DNA of 64,000 nt from Squalus acanthias (taxonomy: Eukaryota): NCBI GenBank assembly GCA_030390025.1, contig CM059432.1, positions 144,028,001-144,092,000 of the forward strand. The letters are read 5' to 3'. The translations under genes and the position numbers were made by a program. This document shows positions 10,646-23,959 of this stretch, piece by piece. The notes under the pieces were generated by a model that was given only the letters and a program-made list of their open reading frames with translations, was not told the origin of the DNA and ran no database searches. Every line of letters starts with the position of its first letter. The first letter of the stretch is position 1.

Positions 10646-12309
10646 ACTTTGCTCTCACCAATGACTGTTAGTGGGGTTATTAATTCTTGCACAATTATTC
10701 ACTCGTTTTAATATTATCCCACTTAATTAGCATAGTGGAGGCAGAACTAAACGGACTCAGGTATAATGGAGATTGCATTCACTGATTTTAAGTTAAGCCC
10801 TTTTTCCCCATACCATGAACAATTTAAGTTTATTGTCATGACTGGAAGAGGGTTGTAGAGATTTATGTCGTTGGCCAGTCCCAGTAATAAATAGCACTCG
10901 GGGATGAAATGTGCATTATAATGGTTCATTACTTGTGGCCATTCTCAAGTGAAAGTCCGCAAACTCTGTCGGCGTCTTGGCTTTTCTCAGGAGTGAGCGC
11001 ACGTTGACAATGAACAAGCCCAATCTGAGGGCTGACCTGGGGCACAATTTGTGATATAAATCATTTTCCGAGTCACCTCATTATTTCTTAGTGAGGTTTC
11101 AAAAGCATTGAAGTAGCACTTTCATGTGCAATTGTTAAAGGTTGTATAAATGATTTTATCCTTGATTGTGTCTTATACCTTGTTTAGAATGGCCAGTGGA
11201 AGCAGAATCAGTCTCTCATTTTCTACTACAAGAAAGAATTTAGATCATTTGGAATAAACAGACTGAGCACTTTTCAATGTGACTCGTAAACCTGTATCAT
11301 GTTCGTTAGCATATTAATAAGTGTTGTTATTTTTATTAAGTATGGAAACGACATGAAGGGCTCTTTATACAATAAATGCCGTAACAAATTTTAATGGTAG
11401 CTGTTAACACAATTCATTTTATGTGTGCAGCAATGTTCCCTCTAATATTTTTTCATGCGTGGTCCCTTTAAATTGAAGTGTTTGGCTACCTGTATATTTG
11501 CAAATCTCCCATGCCATTGCTCCGAGTAAGTTGGCTGATGTGCTGTTTTCTCAGACTAGGTGAGTTATAAACAGAGGCTAAGGTCACTCAGAGTATAATT
11601 GTCATGATGCGGAGATGCCGTATAATTGAACCATAGAAGTTTACAATACAGAAGGAGGTTATTCAGTCCATAATATCTGTGTTGGCTCTTTGCTAGAGCA
11701 ATCTAAAACTATTCTGACCACCTGCGCTCTCCCCATAGCCCTGTATCTTCCTTTTGCTTCAGATATTTATCTAATATTTCCTTAAAAGATTTGTCTCAGC
11801 CATTCCCTGTGGTAGAGAATTTCTGCTAATCTTTCTCCTCACTCTCTTAGTGAATTGGTGACTCCTTGTCATTGGCTCCCCAACTAGAGGAAATAGCCTC
11901 TCCCCATTCACTATATCAAAACTCTTTCTCTATTTAAAAACCTCTACTAAATCTCCTCTTAGCTTCTCTGTTCCATAACTACAGGGTGAAAAATTTGGGG
12001 GCTTTATGCCGCCCGTTACCGGCGAAAAGCTGGTGCCATGTCCCACGGTGTCCTCCACTTTCGATGTCCCCGCAGCGCTGCCGGTAAGTATTAGTGCCCT
12101 GCAAAAAAAACTGGCGGATTGATGACATCACGCCGACTTAACGTCACCAAAGCCAACTTTGACCCTAGTGCATTTAAGCTTTTGGACTTTTTAAAAATTT
12201 TATTGAAGGAGTGGCTTGCTGCAATACATGTTGAAAGTTTTTTTTAACTGTGTAGGGAGTGCTGCTGGACACTTGCAAGGCCTTGGATGATAAAGGAAAG
12301 CCACTGAGA

Positions 12310-12460
12310 AAACAGAAAATGTTGCAAATACTCAACAGGTCAGGCAACATCCGTGGAGAGAGAAAAACAGAGTTCACATCTCAGGTCGAGATGCTGCCTG
12401 ACCTGCTGAGTATTTCCAGCATTTTATGCTGTCATTTCAGATTTACAGCATCCGCTGTAG
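12310..12460. mobile_element. Penelope-like family B terminal fragments in inverted arrangement
   Basis: aaaatgttgcaaatactcaacaggtcaggcaacatc ... gatgctgcctgacctgctgagtatttccagcatttt; same family as 59235-59526. Confidence 0.65.
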
Positions 12461-13560
12461 AGGGAAGAGGAAGACACAGAAGAGAAGAAGCAGAAGAAGA
12501 GTAGCCGAAGAGGAGGAAGCAGAAGAGGGGGGCGCAGATGGAAGGATGCATCCCAGACAGCCCCCTTGTGGCGGGGTATGGAATCATCTGCCTGCGGTAC
12601 CAGTGACCACAACCCCAATTCCCCTTTCAACATTAGTCCCACACCTTACCTTCCCTCTGTTACTAACCATCACAGCGTCCTCTTGGCCACGATGCTGAAA
12701 TAAAAGCCACCACAAAGCAAACTTTCCAATCCAACTTTATACACCTATCCATCCAATATGCCATCAGGAAATCAACTCATCACCCTTATGCATTCTCTTA
12801 GTGACTGTCTTGTGTGTGCCTTTGCCTTTCCTACTGATGTCACGCAGTGCTACCCCAGTGGCTGCAGCATGGCTGGTGGAAGGCTGCTGACTTTCAGTGG
12901 GGGACACTGCAAATGGCCTTGCTGGTCAACCTTGAGGAGTTGGTGGCTGGGAGTGTCAAATCAATTGTCTTCTTCTTCTTCTACTTCTTCATCACTCTCT
13001 TCTCCCTCTTCTTGTTGACCCACTGGCTGGGCAGGCTCCATTTCTTGGGTGTGTGAAATGAGAAAGGCATAAGGGTGGAGTTGTGGTGAGGGGAGGGCGG
13101 GAAAGCAAGAGGTGCATGCGAGAAGGAGGATAACGTCTGAGGATACCAGCATCTTGTATCCTTTCAGCCCCGCTGCTGGCCAAGGGCTCAGCCATGCCCC
13201 TGCCAAGAATGGCCTGCACCATCTCCTTCAAGGGGGTGAGGTGAGGCTAGGAATGGGAGATGTGCCTCATGATTGTTACAGATTGTTGGTAGGTGAGTGA
13301 TTGGGAGGGTGGAGTCGTGCATTGAGAAGTGTGCGAGGCTAGTGGTGCAGTTGGTAGGAGACGGCTTTTGAAGATGCATTCACTGACCTTGGCCACTGGT
13401 CTGAGGTCATGAAGCTTCTTTGGGCACTGGAACCAGGTCATGAACCCCTGCACAAAGCTGGAGTGCTGCGTGCGAGACCCTGGGTGCCCCTTCCCTGGAT
13501 TGTTGAGCCATTTGTGTTAGTGCTGAAGCACTTTTCCCATTTTTTGAGATTCGGAAGGGA
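12460..13560. mobile_element. Relic of an autonomous-type PIF/Harbinger transposon (convergent transposase tail and Myb/SANT-like gene pieces)
   Basis: Minus strand reads TWFQCPKKLHDLRPVAK (ORF 13247-13453), resembling the trihelix/MSANTD motif QCxKKxxDL. Plus strand has an acidic tail EEEEAEEGG followed by AATAAA near 12699. Confidence 0.5.
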
Positions 13561-13924
13561 ATTCAGCTTTAAGTGCTGAAGAATCCCATTTGGGAATTCT
13601 TTTTAATGTTAATTTTTTACTGAAAGGCAGTAAGGGCTGAAAGCTGCGTTTTTTCACTATTGTAATTTTTATTAGTTCTGCGTGCATTGCCCCTTTAATT
13701 CATAGCCCCTTTAATTGCCCACAATGCCTTGCGAACTCCACAGCCTCTCTCCCAGAAGCTGCAACGCTGACTGTGGATGGGAACTTTGGGTCAGAAACAC
13801 TCCTTCAGATCTAACAGTTCAGTTTCCTTTGTCACAAAAGATCAATAAGTAGACAACACAAAGCAAAATCATGTTGTATAGAGAAAGCTCTGTGTCGCCC
13901 CCACCACCTGGCTCCATTATTGAT

Positions 13925-15690
13925 TTTTTTTAAAATTCGTTCCTGGGATGTGGGCGTCGCTGGCAAGGCCAGCATTTATTGCCCATCCCTAGTTGCCCTC
14001 GAGAAGGTGGTGGTGAGCCGCCTTCTTGAACCACTGCAGTCCATGTGATGAAGGTACTCCAGTACTTCCCCCAGCGACGATGAAGGATCGGCGATATACT
14101 TCCAAGTCAGGATGGTGTGTGACTTGGAGGAGAACTTGGAGGTGGTGGTGTTCCCTGCTGCCCTTGTCCTTCTAGGTGGAAGAGGTCGCGGGTTTGGGAG
14201 GTGCTGCTGAAGAAGCCTTGGCGAGTTGCTGCAATGCATCTTGTAGATGGTACACATTGCAGCCACGGTACGCCGGTGGTGGAGGGAGTGAATGTTTAAG
14301 GTGGTGGATGGGGTGGCAATCAAGTGGGCTGCTTTGTCCTGGATGGTGTCGAGCTTCTTGAATGTTGTTGGAGCTGCACTCATCCAGGCAAGTGGAGAGT
14401 ATTCCATCACACTCCTGACTTGTGTCTTGTAGATGGTGGAAAGGCTTTGGGCAGTCAGGAGGTGAGACACTTGCTGCAGAATACCCAGCCTCTGACCTGC
14501 TCTTGTAGCCACAGTATTTATGTGGCTGGTCCAGTTAAGTTTCTGGTCAATGGTGACCTCCAGGATATTGACGGTGGGGGATTCAGCAGTGGTAATGCCA
14601 TTGAATGTCAAGGGGCTGTGGTTCGGCTCTCTCTTGTTGGAGATAGTCATTGCCTGGCACTTGTTACCTGCCACTTATCAGCCCAAGCCTGAATGTCATC
14701 CAGGTCTTGCTGCATGCAGGCATGGACTGCTTCATTATCTGAGGAGTTGCAAATGCAACCGAACACTGTGCAATCATCAGCGAACATCCCCACTTTTGAC
14801 CTTATGATGGAGGGAAGGTCATTTATGAAGCAGCTGAAGATAGTTGGGCGTACAACGCTGCCCTGAGGAACTCCTGCAGCGAAGTCCTGGGGCTGAGCGG
14901 ATTGGCTTCCAACAACCACCTTACTTTGTGCTAGGTATGACTCCAGCCAGTGGAGAGTTTTCCCCCTGATTCCCATTGACTTCAGTTTTCCTAGGGCTCC
15001 TTGATGCCACACTCGGTCAAATGCTGCCTTGATGTCAAGGGCAGTCACTCTCGCCTCACCTCTGGAATTCAGCTCTCTTGTCCATGTTTGGACCAAGGCT
15101 GTAATGAGGTCGGGAGCAGAGTGGTCCTGGCGGAACCCAAACTGGGCATCAGTGAACAAGTTATTGGTGAGTAAGTGCCGCTTGATAGCACTGTCGATGA
15201 CACCTTCCATCACTTTGCTGATGATTGAGAGTAGACTGATGGGGCGGTAATTGGCTGGATTGGATTTGTCCTTTTTGTGGACAGGACATACCTGGGCAGT
15301 TTTCCACATTGTCGGATAGATGCCAGTGTTGTAGTTGCACTGGAACAGCTTGGCTAGAGGCGCGGCTAGTTCTGGAGCACAAGTCTTCAGCACGACAGCC
15401 GGGATGTTGTCGGGGCCCATAGCCTTTGCTGTATCCAGTGCGCTCAGCCGTTTCTTGATATCACGTGGAGTGAAACGAATTGGCTGAAGACTGGCTTCTG
15501 TGATGGTGGAGACCTCAGGAGTAGGCCGATATGGATCATCCACTCGGCACTTCCGGCTGAAGATGGTTGTAAACACTTCAGCCTTGTCTTTTGCACTCAC
15601 GTGCTGGGCTCCGCCATCATTAACGATGGGTATATTCATGAAGCCTCCTCCTCCCGTTAGTTGATTTTATTGTCCACCACCATTCACGAC
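13925..15690 (-). mobile_element. 5'-truncated CR1-group LINE of a second family (RT domain and 3' end)
   Basis: ORF 14647-15639 has GPDNIP, NYRPISLLS, QFGFR, ALDIKAAFDRVWH, GVPQGS, FADD; ORF 13976-14674 is the C-terminus; tail aataaatgctggccttgccagcgacgcccacatccc...poly(A). Confidence 0.9.
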
Positions 15691-16094
15691 TCTCTGCCAA
15701 TCTCTCTCTGCCACTTTCTCTTTCTCTCTATCCCTTTTTCTCCATTTCTGCTTCTCTCTCTCTCTGCCTCTCTCTCTCTGCCTCTCTGGTGACCCATTGT
15801 CCCAGTCACTCAGATGCTGTAACAAGTCTAGGAAGTTCCTCACTGATGAAGCAATGTTGCTGATATCTAATCACAGCGGGATAGTGTCCTGACTATAAAT
15901 ACTAAAAACATTCAAAGAAATAACACTGTAATAATGTATATATTTCAAGTAGTAGGCGCAGAAAAATTAAAGGTACAACATCCTGTCAAAAATGAAGAGA
16001 TGAACTGTTCTCAGAAATGCCACATGGAGCTAAATGTTGATGTGAGGCCTATTTTGCTTTCTAAGGCCAGTTTCACTGTGGCAATTGATTGCAG

Positions 16095-16519
16095 GTTGGG
16101 GGTTTGGGTTGAGTGAGTTGGGAGTTTGGGTTGAGTGAGTTGGGGGTTTGGGTTGAGCGAGTTGGGGGTTTGGGTTGAGCGAGTTGGGGGTTTGGGTTGA
16201 GCGAGTTGGGAGTTTGGGTTGAGCGAGTTGGGGGTTTGGGTTGAGCGAGTTGGGAGTTTGGGTTGAGCGAGTTGGGGGTTTGGGTTGAGCGAGTTGGGGG
16301 TTTGGGTTGAGCGAGTTGGGGCTTTGGGTTGAGCGAGTTGGGGGTTTGGGTTGAGTGAGTTGGGGGTTTGGGTTGAGTGAGTTGGGGGTTTGGGTTGAGT
16401 GAGTTGGGGGTTTGGGTTGAGTGAGTTGGGGGTTTGGGTTGAGCGAGTTGGGTGTTTGGGTTGAGCGAGTTGGGAGTTTGGGTTGAGCAAGTTGAGGGTT
16501 TGAGTTGAATGAGTTGGAC
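16095..16519 (+). repeat. 22-bp G-rich minisatellite (~19 copies)
   Basis: Unit gggttgagYgagttgggRgttt. Confidence 0.93.
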
Positions 16520-16814
16520 TCCTAGAGAGCTGAGCTGAATAGCTCAAATTGCCTTTTCTGGTCCTTGATCTTTTCTCGTTATATTATAAAGCGCTATACC
16601 CACACACTCACTGATGTCTCAGTTGTCTCCTTATGAGTGTTTGTGCTTTAAAACTATTGGATTGCTGGGAGTGGAGTTTTGTGCAGGATCGTAGCTGGAT
16701 CTGGGATCTTACTGTTGTTTGGTGCTCATAGCCGCCCAGGGTAGTTCATCACCTCAATCCTTAGAGGGTGTTAGAGGGATCCTGTGGGTAGATCCCTTCC
16801 TGCAGCAACATCCA

Positions 16815-16846
<32 letters not shown>

Positions 16847-17844
16847 ACGCTCTGCTTGGCTCTCAGCCCTGAGCACTGAACCCCAATTCAGGGGATATGA
16901 GATAGCGTCTCTATTAAAGCACATCCTCTCACATGACCTGACAGCGGACTGGCAACATCTCAAACAATCGGAAAATTTGGCTGGGTAAAGCTGCTCCTCC
17001 TGAATGCCAGGCCAGTGACAAACTAACTATTGTTTCTGTGCCTGACTCAATCCAATGCAGATAACGGGATCTCACTACATTTAGTTTCGCCTTTTAATTA
17101 TTTAAGCGAAGTGTCTCCCATTTTCACGGCTATCTCTGATCTATCTTTTCATGTGACGTTGTCACATCACTTGCGCTCAGATTGACTGCTCTCCCAGCTC
17201 GTGTAAGCTCTTATTGTCGGTTCCCCTGAGGATTGGAGGACAGAGAGGGGAAACATTTTTGTCTGAAGCTTGTTAAATTGGAAGTTTTTGTCACTTCACT
17301 TGCATTTGAAATTCATTAACACGGAGCTGTGAAGATTATTTCATTAAGGACAGTTCCCCTCAATAAAACAAGTAAAGTACATCAACGTCTGATTTTTGCA
17401 AGATCACTTCTTGAAGGTTATTTATTTATTAAGCCCGACAATTAGATTCCCCAACAAGCACACTTCACTGCTGTCATATTCCTGGAACAATCTGTTTCTT
17501 CTCTTTAGCTTCTGTTGAAAACTGAGTTGAACTTTTACCAAGCCCCACATCACATCAGCAACTATTTTATGAATCACTGCACAACCCTGCCTCCTGTGCG
17601 CCTCGTTTATCAAACTAAATAATACAGTACACACATGTTAGAAACAAGTATCTGGTGCAAGCTTGAGACCCCGGGGGGGACGATCTCTCTGGGTCTCACG
17701 TGTGCAGGACCGCCTGGTTTAGTGGGTGCCAGGAGACTGGGCCAGTCGGAGTGTACCACTCCCCCGTAGGATCTCGCCCCATTGTTGCATCCAGGAGATC
17801 AGGACGAATCTTGCTCGCCAGTTCTCAGCCGTTGAAAGAATGAA

Positions 17845-18314
17845 CTTGCATTTCTATAGCGCCTTCCATGACCTCGCGATGTCCCAAGGCGCTTTACAGC
17901 CAATGAAGTCTTTTGAAGTGAGGTCACTGTTGTAATGTAGGAAATATGCAGCCAATTTGCGCACAGCAAGCTCCCACAAACAGCAATGTGATAATGACCA
18001 GATAATCTGTTTTAATGATGTTGGTTGACGGATAAACATTGGCCAAGGGAGAACTTCCCTGCACTTCTTCGAATAGTGCCATGGGGATCTTTTACTCCCC
18101 CTGAGAGGGCACACGGGGCCTTGCTTTAACGTCTCATCTGAAACTGAGTGGCTCGCTAGGCCAGTTCATACGACACCTCCGACAGTGCAGCGCTCCCTCA
18201 GTACTGCACCTCAAGTGTCAGCCTAGATTATGTGCTCAAGTCTCTGGAGTGGGACTTGAACCCACGACTTTCTGACTCAGAGGTGAGAGTGTTACCCACT
18301 GTGCCACGGCTGAC
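17845..18314 (-). mobile_element. Near full-length DeuSINE (SacSINE1-like)
   Basis: Reverse complement of 26654-27113, including tRNA-like head and L2-type tail. Confidence 0.85.
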
Positions 18315-18896
18315 CAAATTTCCAATGTCCACTGTTCCCAGGTGCAGACACAGGGAAATCTCCCCTTTCACTTTGTTCCTTTCCACACTGCAGTCAGCTC
18401 CTCTAAGGTGCAGCTGCGGCCCTTTAGGATCTGCTTCTGTGCAGTGTCTCCCACTCCTCGCGTTCAGAGAACTCCCGGTTACAGGACCAATACAGGCTGG
18501 GATCCTGCTATAAATATCAAGTGAGGTCGAGCCCAGAATCCCGGGCTGGGATCAGCTGCTCGTGCATTGTGTGCAACTGAGGCTTGCAGTGTTCCCGGAG
18601 ACAGGCCGCACTTAAACATGCCCGTTGACCGTTTTGAATTTGCGAATGATAAGTTGATTTTCTTCTTCATTCTTGGGATGTGGCCGTCACTGGCAAGGCC
18701 GGCATTTATTGCCCTTCCCTAGTTCCCAAATTGAGTGGCTCGCTAGGCCAGTTCAGAGGGCAGTTAAGAGTCAACCATGCTGGTGTGGGACTGGAGTCAC
18801 TTATAGGCCCAGATCGGGTAAGGAGGGCAGATTTTCTTCTCTATAGGACATTAGTGAACCAGTTGGGTTTTTATGACAATCCGACAGCTTCAAAGA

Positions 18897-19140
18897 AGAA
18901 TTCAGGAGAAACTTCTTTACCCAGAGAGTGGTGAGAATGTGGAACTCGCTACCACAGGGAGTGGTTGAGGTGAATAGCATTGATGCATTTAAGGGGAGGC
19001 TGGATAAACACATGAGGGAGAAAGGAACAGGAGGGTATGCTGATAGGGTGAGATGAAGAGGGGTGAGATGAGGCTCCTGTGGAGCAGAAACACCGGCACG
19101 GACCAGTTGGGCCGAATGGCCTGTTTCTGTGCTGTAAATA
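18897..19140 (+). mobile_element. CR1 3' fragment inserted in a tRNA-like SINE
   Basis: Near match to 7712-7950; flanked by the two halves of the 8501-8903 SINE family. Confidence 0.75.
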
Positions 19141-22100
19141 CTATCGTGGTCACTTTTACTGATACCAGCTTTTTTATATTCAGGCTGTTTTTTAAAAACT
19201 GAATTCAAATACTCAAACTGCCCAAACTGGTGGGATTTGAACTCACGTTCTGTGGATTAATAGTTCAACAGTAGAACCTCTGCACTCTCGTAACCATTTG
19301 ATACAAACTGGCGCAGTGATAAGTAAGTGCCTTTTTGTATTTCTGGTTGCTTCTTGTTTACGGGGGCAAGTGAGGAGACTGGACTTTGCCAGCTGTTTAT
19401 TTTCAGTCCCCGGCGCGGTGGTGTGTGCAGGAGAAAGGCTTTGCACTAATCCCCGGGGTTCTGGCAGTGAGAAGCAGGATGAAGGTGGCAGGTGAAGTGT
19501 CTGCAATGTTATCGCCAGCGCTGTCAGGCAGCAGTGGCACGTGCTGGACAAGGTGCAAAGAGCTGTTTGGGAACACAGTGGGATCTCTCCTCCAAACCCG
19601 CTTGCAGTTCAGGAGCGCTTATCTCCGGCCCCGAGTTTAACATTTCTTCAGACATTAATCGCTGTCTCGACTAAAAAGACAGTAATTGCTTCTTTCTGAG
19701 GGGACGCTGGTTGTAGGGCCCGCTGACGATGAAATTAGCAGCACACAAAGATAACGACCACAGAATTCGACTAATGCTTTTATCAGCTGTTTGTGTTGAG
19801 CATTGAGCAGATGGATTTTGAAGGGGCCCACTCACTGCTGTACCACACTGAAGTGACAGAACTCTTTGATTCTTTATACAGCAGAAGTTAACCTCGGCGA
19901 CTTGCTTGTATAAACTTGTGTAAGTGTCACTATTGTTCACTTTTATCTTCTTGTAACTTTTCCCAGAAATCAATCACATTCTTTTGAGTGTCAGGAGACT
20001 TTGGGGGCAATGTGTTCGCTGATCTGACTGTATTATATAGGAAATAATATATAAACAGTGAACAGTACAGTGGGTATCTCTCAACTGTACAACTGCATTT
20101 CTGAAACTTTCCCTTTTCTGTTTATACACGGAGTTATTTTTTTTGTATCCTTTGCTGCAGAAATCCATAAACATTGCAATCACCTTATAGCTGTGTCGTC
20201 TCACCTGATTGTATTATGAACTGCTCCAGATCTCCTCACAGTTGAGGAGTGTGTTGGCTCTCTCCTGGGGCTAACATTTATCCCTCGACCAACAACAGCA
20301 AAAAAAAACAAATGATCTCATTGCTGTTTGTGGGATCTTGCTGTGCGGAATTTGGCTGCCGTGTTTCCCTACATTACCACAGGGACGACACTTCAAAAGG
20401 TCACTCATTGGCTGTAAAGCGCTTTGGGATGTCCTGAGGGTTGTGAAAGGTGTGAATATAAATGCAAGTCTTAGAGGAGCCAGCTTTTTTAACATCAACT
20501 AACTCAGGCACTGGTGATGTATTTTGTTGCCATGGTGCCTAGAACTGTCTCTGCATCAATAGAATCAGTTGTGTTTTGTTTTTAGCACAAGGTGTCCTGA
20601 CTATTTTTTCCTATTATGCTGTCCTCTTTGTTCGTGAATAATCCCTCATCCTTAAACTCTCTGGCCAAGGTTTGCCACCTGTCTGGGGGGGGGTTACCAA
20701 ACACAAACTCCTCAAAGTGGTCTTCACGCCCAACGTCAAATCCTGCACTGATGAGGGTTCAGCTGCGTCCATCCCTGGGAAGCGCAAGCCACTTTCTGGC
20801 AGTGCAAAGTGCAGTATAACTCTGGCATCGTGCGAATCCAGGGCAGACTTTCGGCTTACTGTGCTTGGCATAACGGCTCATCTGGAAGCAATGCAAAGAG
20901 GACACTGGAGCAGAAAAGACTACGAATGGGAGGCAGAAGTTATCAAAATGACTGAAAATCTGTTGCAGACACAATATGATGATGGATATCACGGCACCAT
21001 AGGGCTGCCAACCCTCCAGGATTGGCCTGAAGTCTCCAGGAATTATAGATTAATCTCCAGGGCACTGCTGGGAATAACCCACAAGAGAGTTCCTTGGGGG
21101 CATTAAGAAATTTTTTCAAATTTCTTTGGACACTTTTGTTTATTGGTTGTTAAAGTATTGGAGATTGTTGGGGTGGGGGGAGAGGGGGGGAGGAGAGACT
21201 GTTTGACCAGGCGGGAGGTCAGGTGATGAAGCCTCCAGGAATACATCCAACCAGAGCTGGGACCAGGAAATTGACACATGTCCTACCTGCACCTTGTGCA
21301 CTCAGCAACACCAGCAGAGCAGAGAATGGGGCTGACCTCAGCAGTGGGAATCCAGGGAGACACAGCATTCCCGAGGTCAGGAAATGGGTGCGTGTCCAAT
21401 CACAGCTCGTAATTCCTGATCCTGCGGGTGTCGCTCCTTAATGGTAGAACCTGATCGTACAGGCTGTCCAATTTCTACTGGCTCCAGTAGTGGGCATGCC
21501 CAACCACTCATCAGAGCCCTGCACGAGTGCCCTCTGGCTCTGAGCTTGAAGAGATACAACGGGTGGGATTTCCCTCTGTCCCCCAGTCAGCTTATGCCGG
21601 GGGGCTGTTCACTCGAGCCTCTCGTCCTCCCCGCCGGGCTGGGGGCGAGACTCGGCCTCGGATCATTTAAATGAGGCCCAGGAGTTGGAACGACCCACTT
21701 CTCACACTGGTACCATCGTGGGCGCCACTGATCCCCGGCCTCTGACCCACCCCCCCCCCCCCGCCGGCCTCTGACCCCCGCCCTACTCCCCACTCTCCCC
21801 GCTCCCCGCACTCGTACTTAGAGTTACAATCGGGGTTTACTGGGTCCGGAGGCTATTGATGGCATTGCTCACTGATAGAGTCTTGTGTTTGGTGTAACGA
21901 TAGATCAGGGATTCACCCACTGGACCAATCCCACCAAGCTGATCGCCACGTCCTGTGATTGGTTGACAAAACAGGATTTCACCAAATTAAACACCCAGCT
22001 TTTACGACTGGTTTTAAAGGTTAAAAACAGGAGCCCAGAGAAGTTTCCGAGCTATTTCAAGTGGTGATGGTTATCTGGAATGAAAATGGCATCCAACATA

Positions 22101-23239
22101 ATTTAATCCACAAACTATAACTAAGAGCTCCCATTGTAAAGAAGCCCTATAGTTATCTATCGTCAATGAATCGATCTTGACTTTGTGCAATGGAGTAAGA
22201 CGAGTCGGCAGCCCCTTTTACATCTCTCCCCATTTTATTTCCATTTTTATTTCCATTGACTTCAAATGTTTTAAACCACTGCACAAAGTCCAGAATGATG
22301 CTGCGCTGTGCCCACCGGAACACTTACGTCTGGTGCTGTAATTGTGGGAAATGCTCCATGAGGATTTTTCCATTTTGCTCCACACTGGTGTGATTTTATC
22401 TCGGTGTCTGGTTACCCAGTGATGTGCTGTGGGTGGTGGAGTTAACTGTTGATCTGCCGGCCTCTGTCTCACTCCTAATCCTGCTCATCACCTTGACCTT
22501 TCTCTCTCTCTTTCTCTCTCCGACTCCTCCTTCTCACAGCCCTAATCTGTGCGTGGTTCTTGAGCCCAAGGCATGAGGTTCTTGGATGTTGGCTGCGTTC
22601 ATAAGGGCAGGGATTACACTGCGCTGGGAGTGAGCACTGGGAGGAATGACTTGCTTGGGATGTGTGTGACATTAGAAGCACTTACTTGGGCAGCAATGAT
22701 TAGTTAATAAATTGACTTGCAAGTGAAGTGCTTTTTTATAATTACTGATTAGGAAACTGAAACCGGCTAGGCTACACGGCCTTCTGCGGGTACGTTAATT
22801 ACAAACATATCTTTGTACTTGTCTCCTCCAATTCCCCCCCTGCTCTCCTGGTGAGATCCAGCGGCTATTTTCCTGTGCCTATTGCCCCCGTGTGCCACTC
22901 CCTGAGGTGTTGCGGAGCCCAGGAATGGGCATCGAGCCAGAACGCAGGGACCCTACAAGGCGGAATTTCCAGCGGGGGAGGGACACGGAGGAGCGAGGCG
23001 GGGTCATGAACCCCATGCTGACGCCTCCCGTGTCATTTTCACCCATGATGCCGATCACCTTGCAACTGAATCCAACAGCCATGGTAACCAGTCATTGCAT
23101 GGTTGCTAGGGTCATAATGGGTCAAGGAATTGAATGTAAAAGGGCCAAGAGGAGCAGCTCTGGACTGTTCCAGGCCAGTCTTTCATTAATAATTCCATTG
23201 TGTGGTCTCTCTCCCGGCACCAAAACTCTCACAGGTCTT

Positions 23240-23662
23240 TAGCCTCGATTTTAACTCCCAGCGTGAGTCATGTGGGGGGGTGGGGGGTCAAGGCGGGGAG
23301 CAAACCGTCCAACTCTTAGCAGCGCGAAACCCCGGATATTGTTACCCCCCTCTTTTCCCCCTCCCGAGGCTCTCCCGACTGAACCCGCGAACTGATCAGC
23401 GAGCGGGAATGTGCTTTCGGGCGCAGGAGGCCGGGGACCCGAAGGAACGGTCCCCGATGCTAAGGTAAGTGGGTTGAGGGGCAGCTGGGGGGGCATCATG
23501 GTCAGGAGAGGAGGCTTGGAAGAGTGGGGCAGTGGGGGCCCAATTCGTCTTCCTGAGGAGGATGATTCATGGACCACAAACGCAAATGAACAAACGCTCC
23601 TGTGTCTCTTTGGCCCCAGCTCCATGATGGATTCCCCACACAGGCCTGGGGTTAAAATTACA
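23240..23662. mobile_element. Degenerate MITE
   Basis: Imperfect TIR attttaactcc / ggggttaaaat around a GC-rich core; no clear TSD. Confidence 0.4.
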
Positions 23663-23959
23663 GTTGGGCACCAATGATGCCATTGGAGCCAATCTGTGTA
23701 TTTAAGGAAGGATCCTGGCTTGTTTCGATGATCTGAGTGTCAGGCTGACGGAATGCACCATGAACATGTTTGAACAGTGGCCTTGTTTTGGGATTGGCCT
23801 TCAGTCCAGTTTTTTTCTGGCAACGTGCTGACATTAATGGCCATTGCCCAGAAATATTTAATTAAGAAACTAGGGGCATTGCCCAGAATGGACACCGAAT
23901 GATTCAGTGACCTCCCGTTGGCCTGGAGGGAGTGCAGCTTAGATTTACCATAAAGATAC

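Noticed and set aside
23075..23112. RFX/X-box-like motifs (gccatggtaac, gttgctaggg)
   Set aside because: Imperfect half-sites with no identifiable promoter or gene; not supportable from sequence alone.
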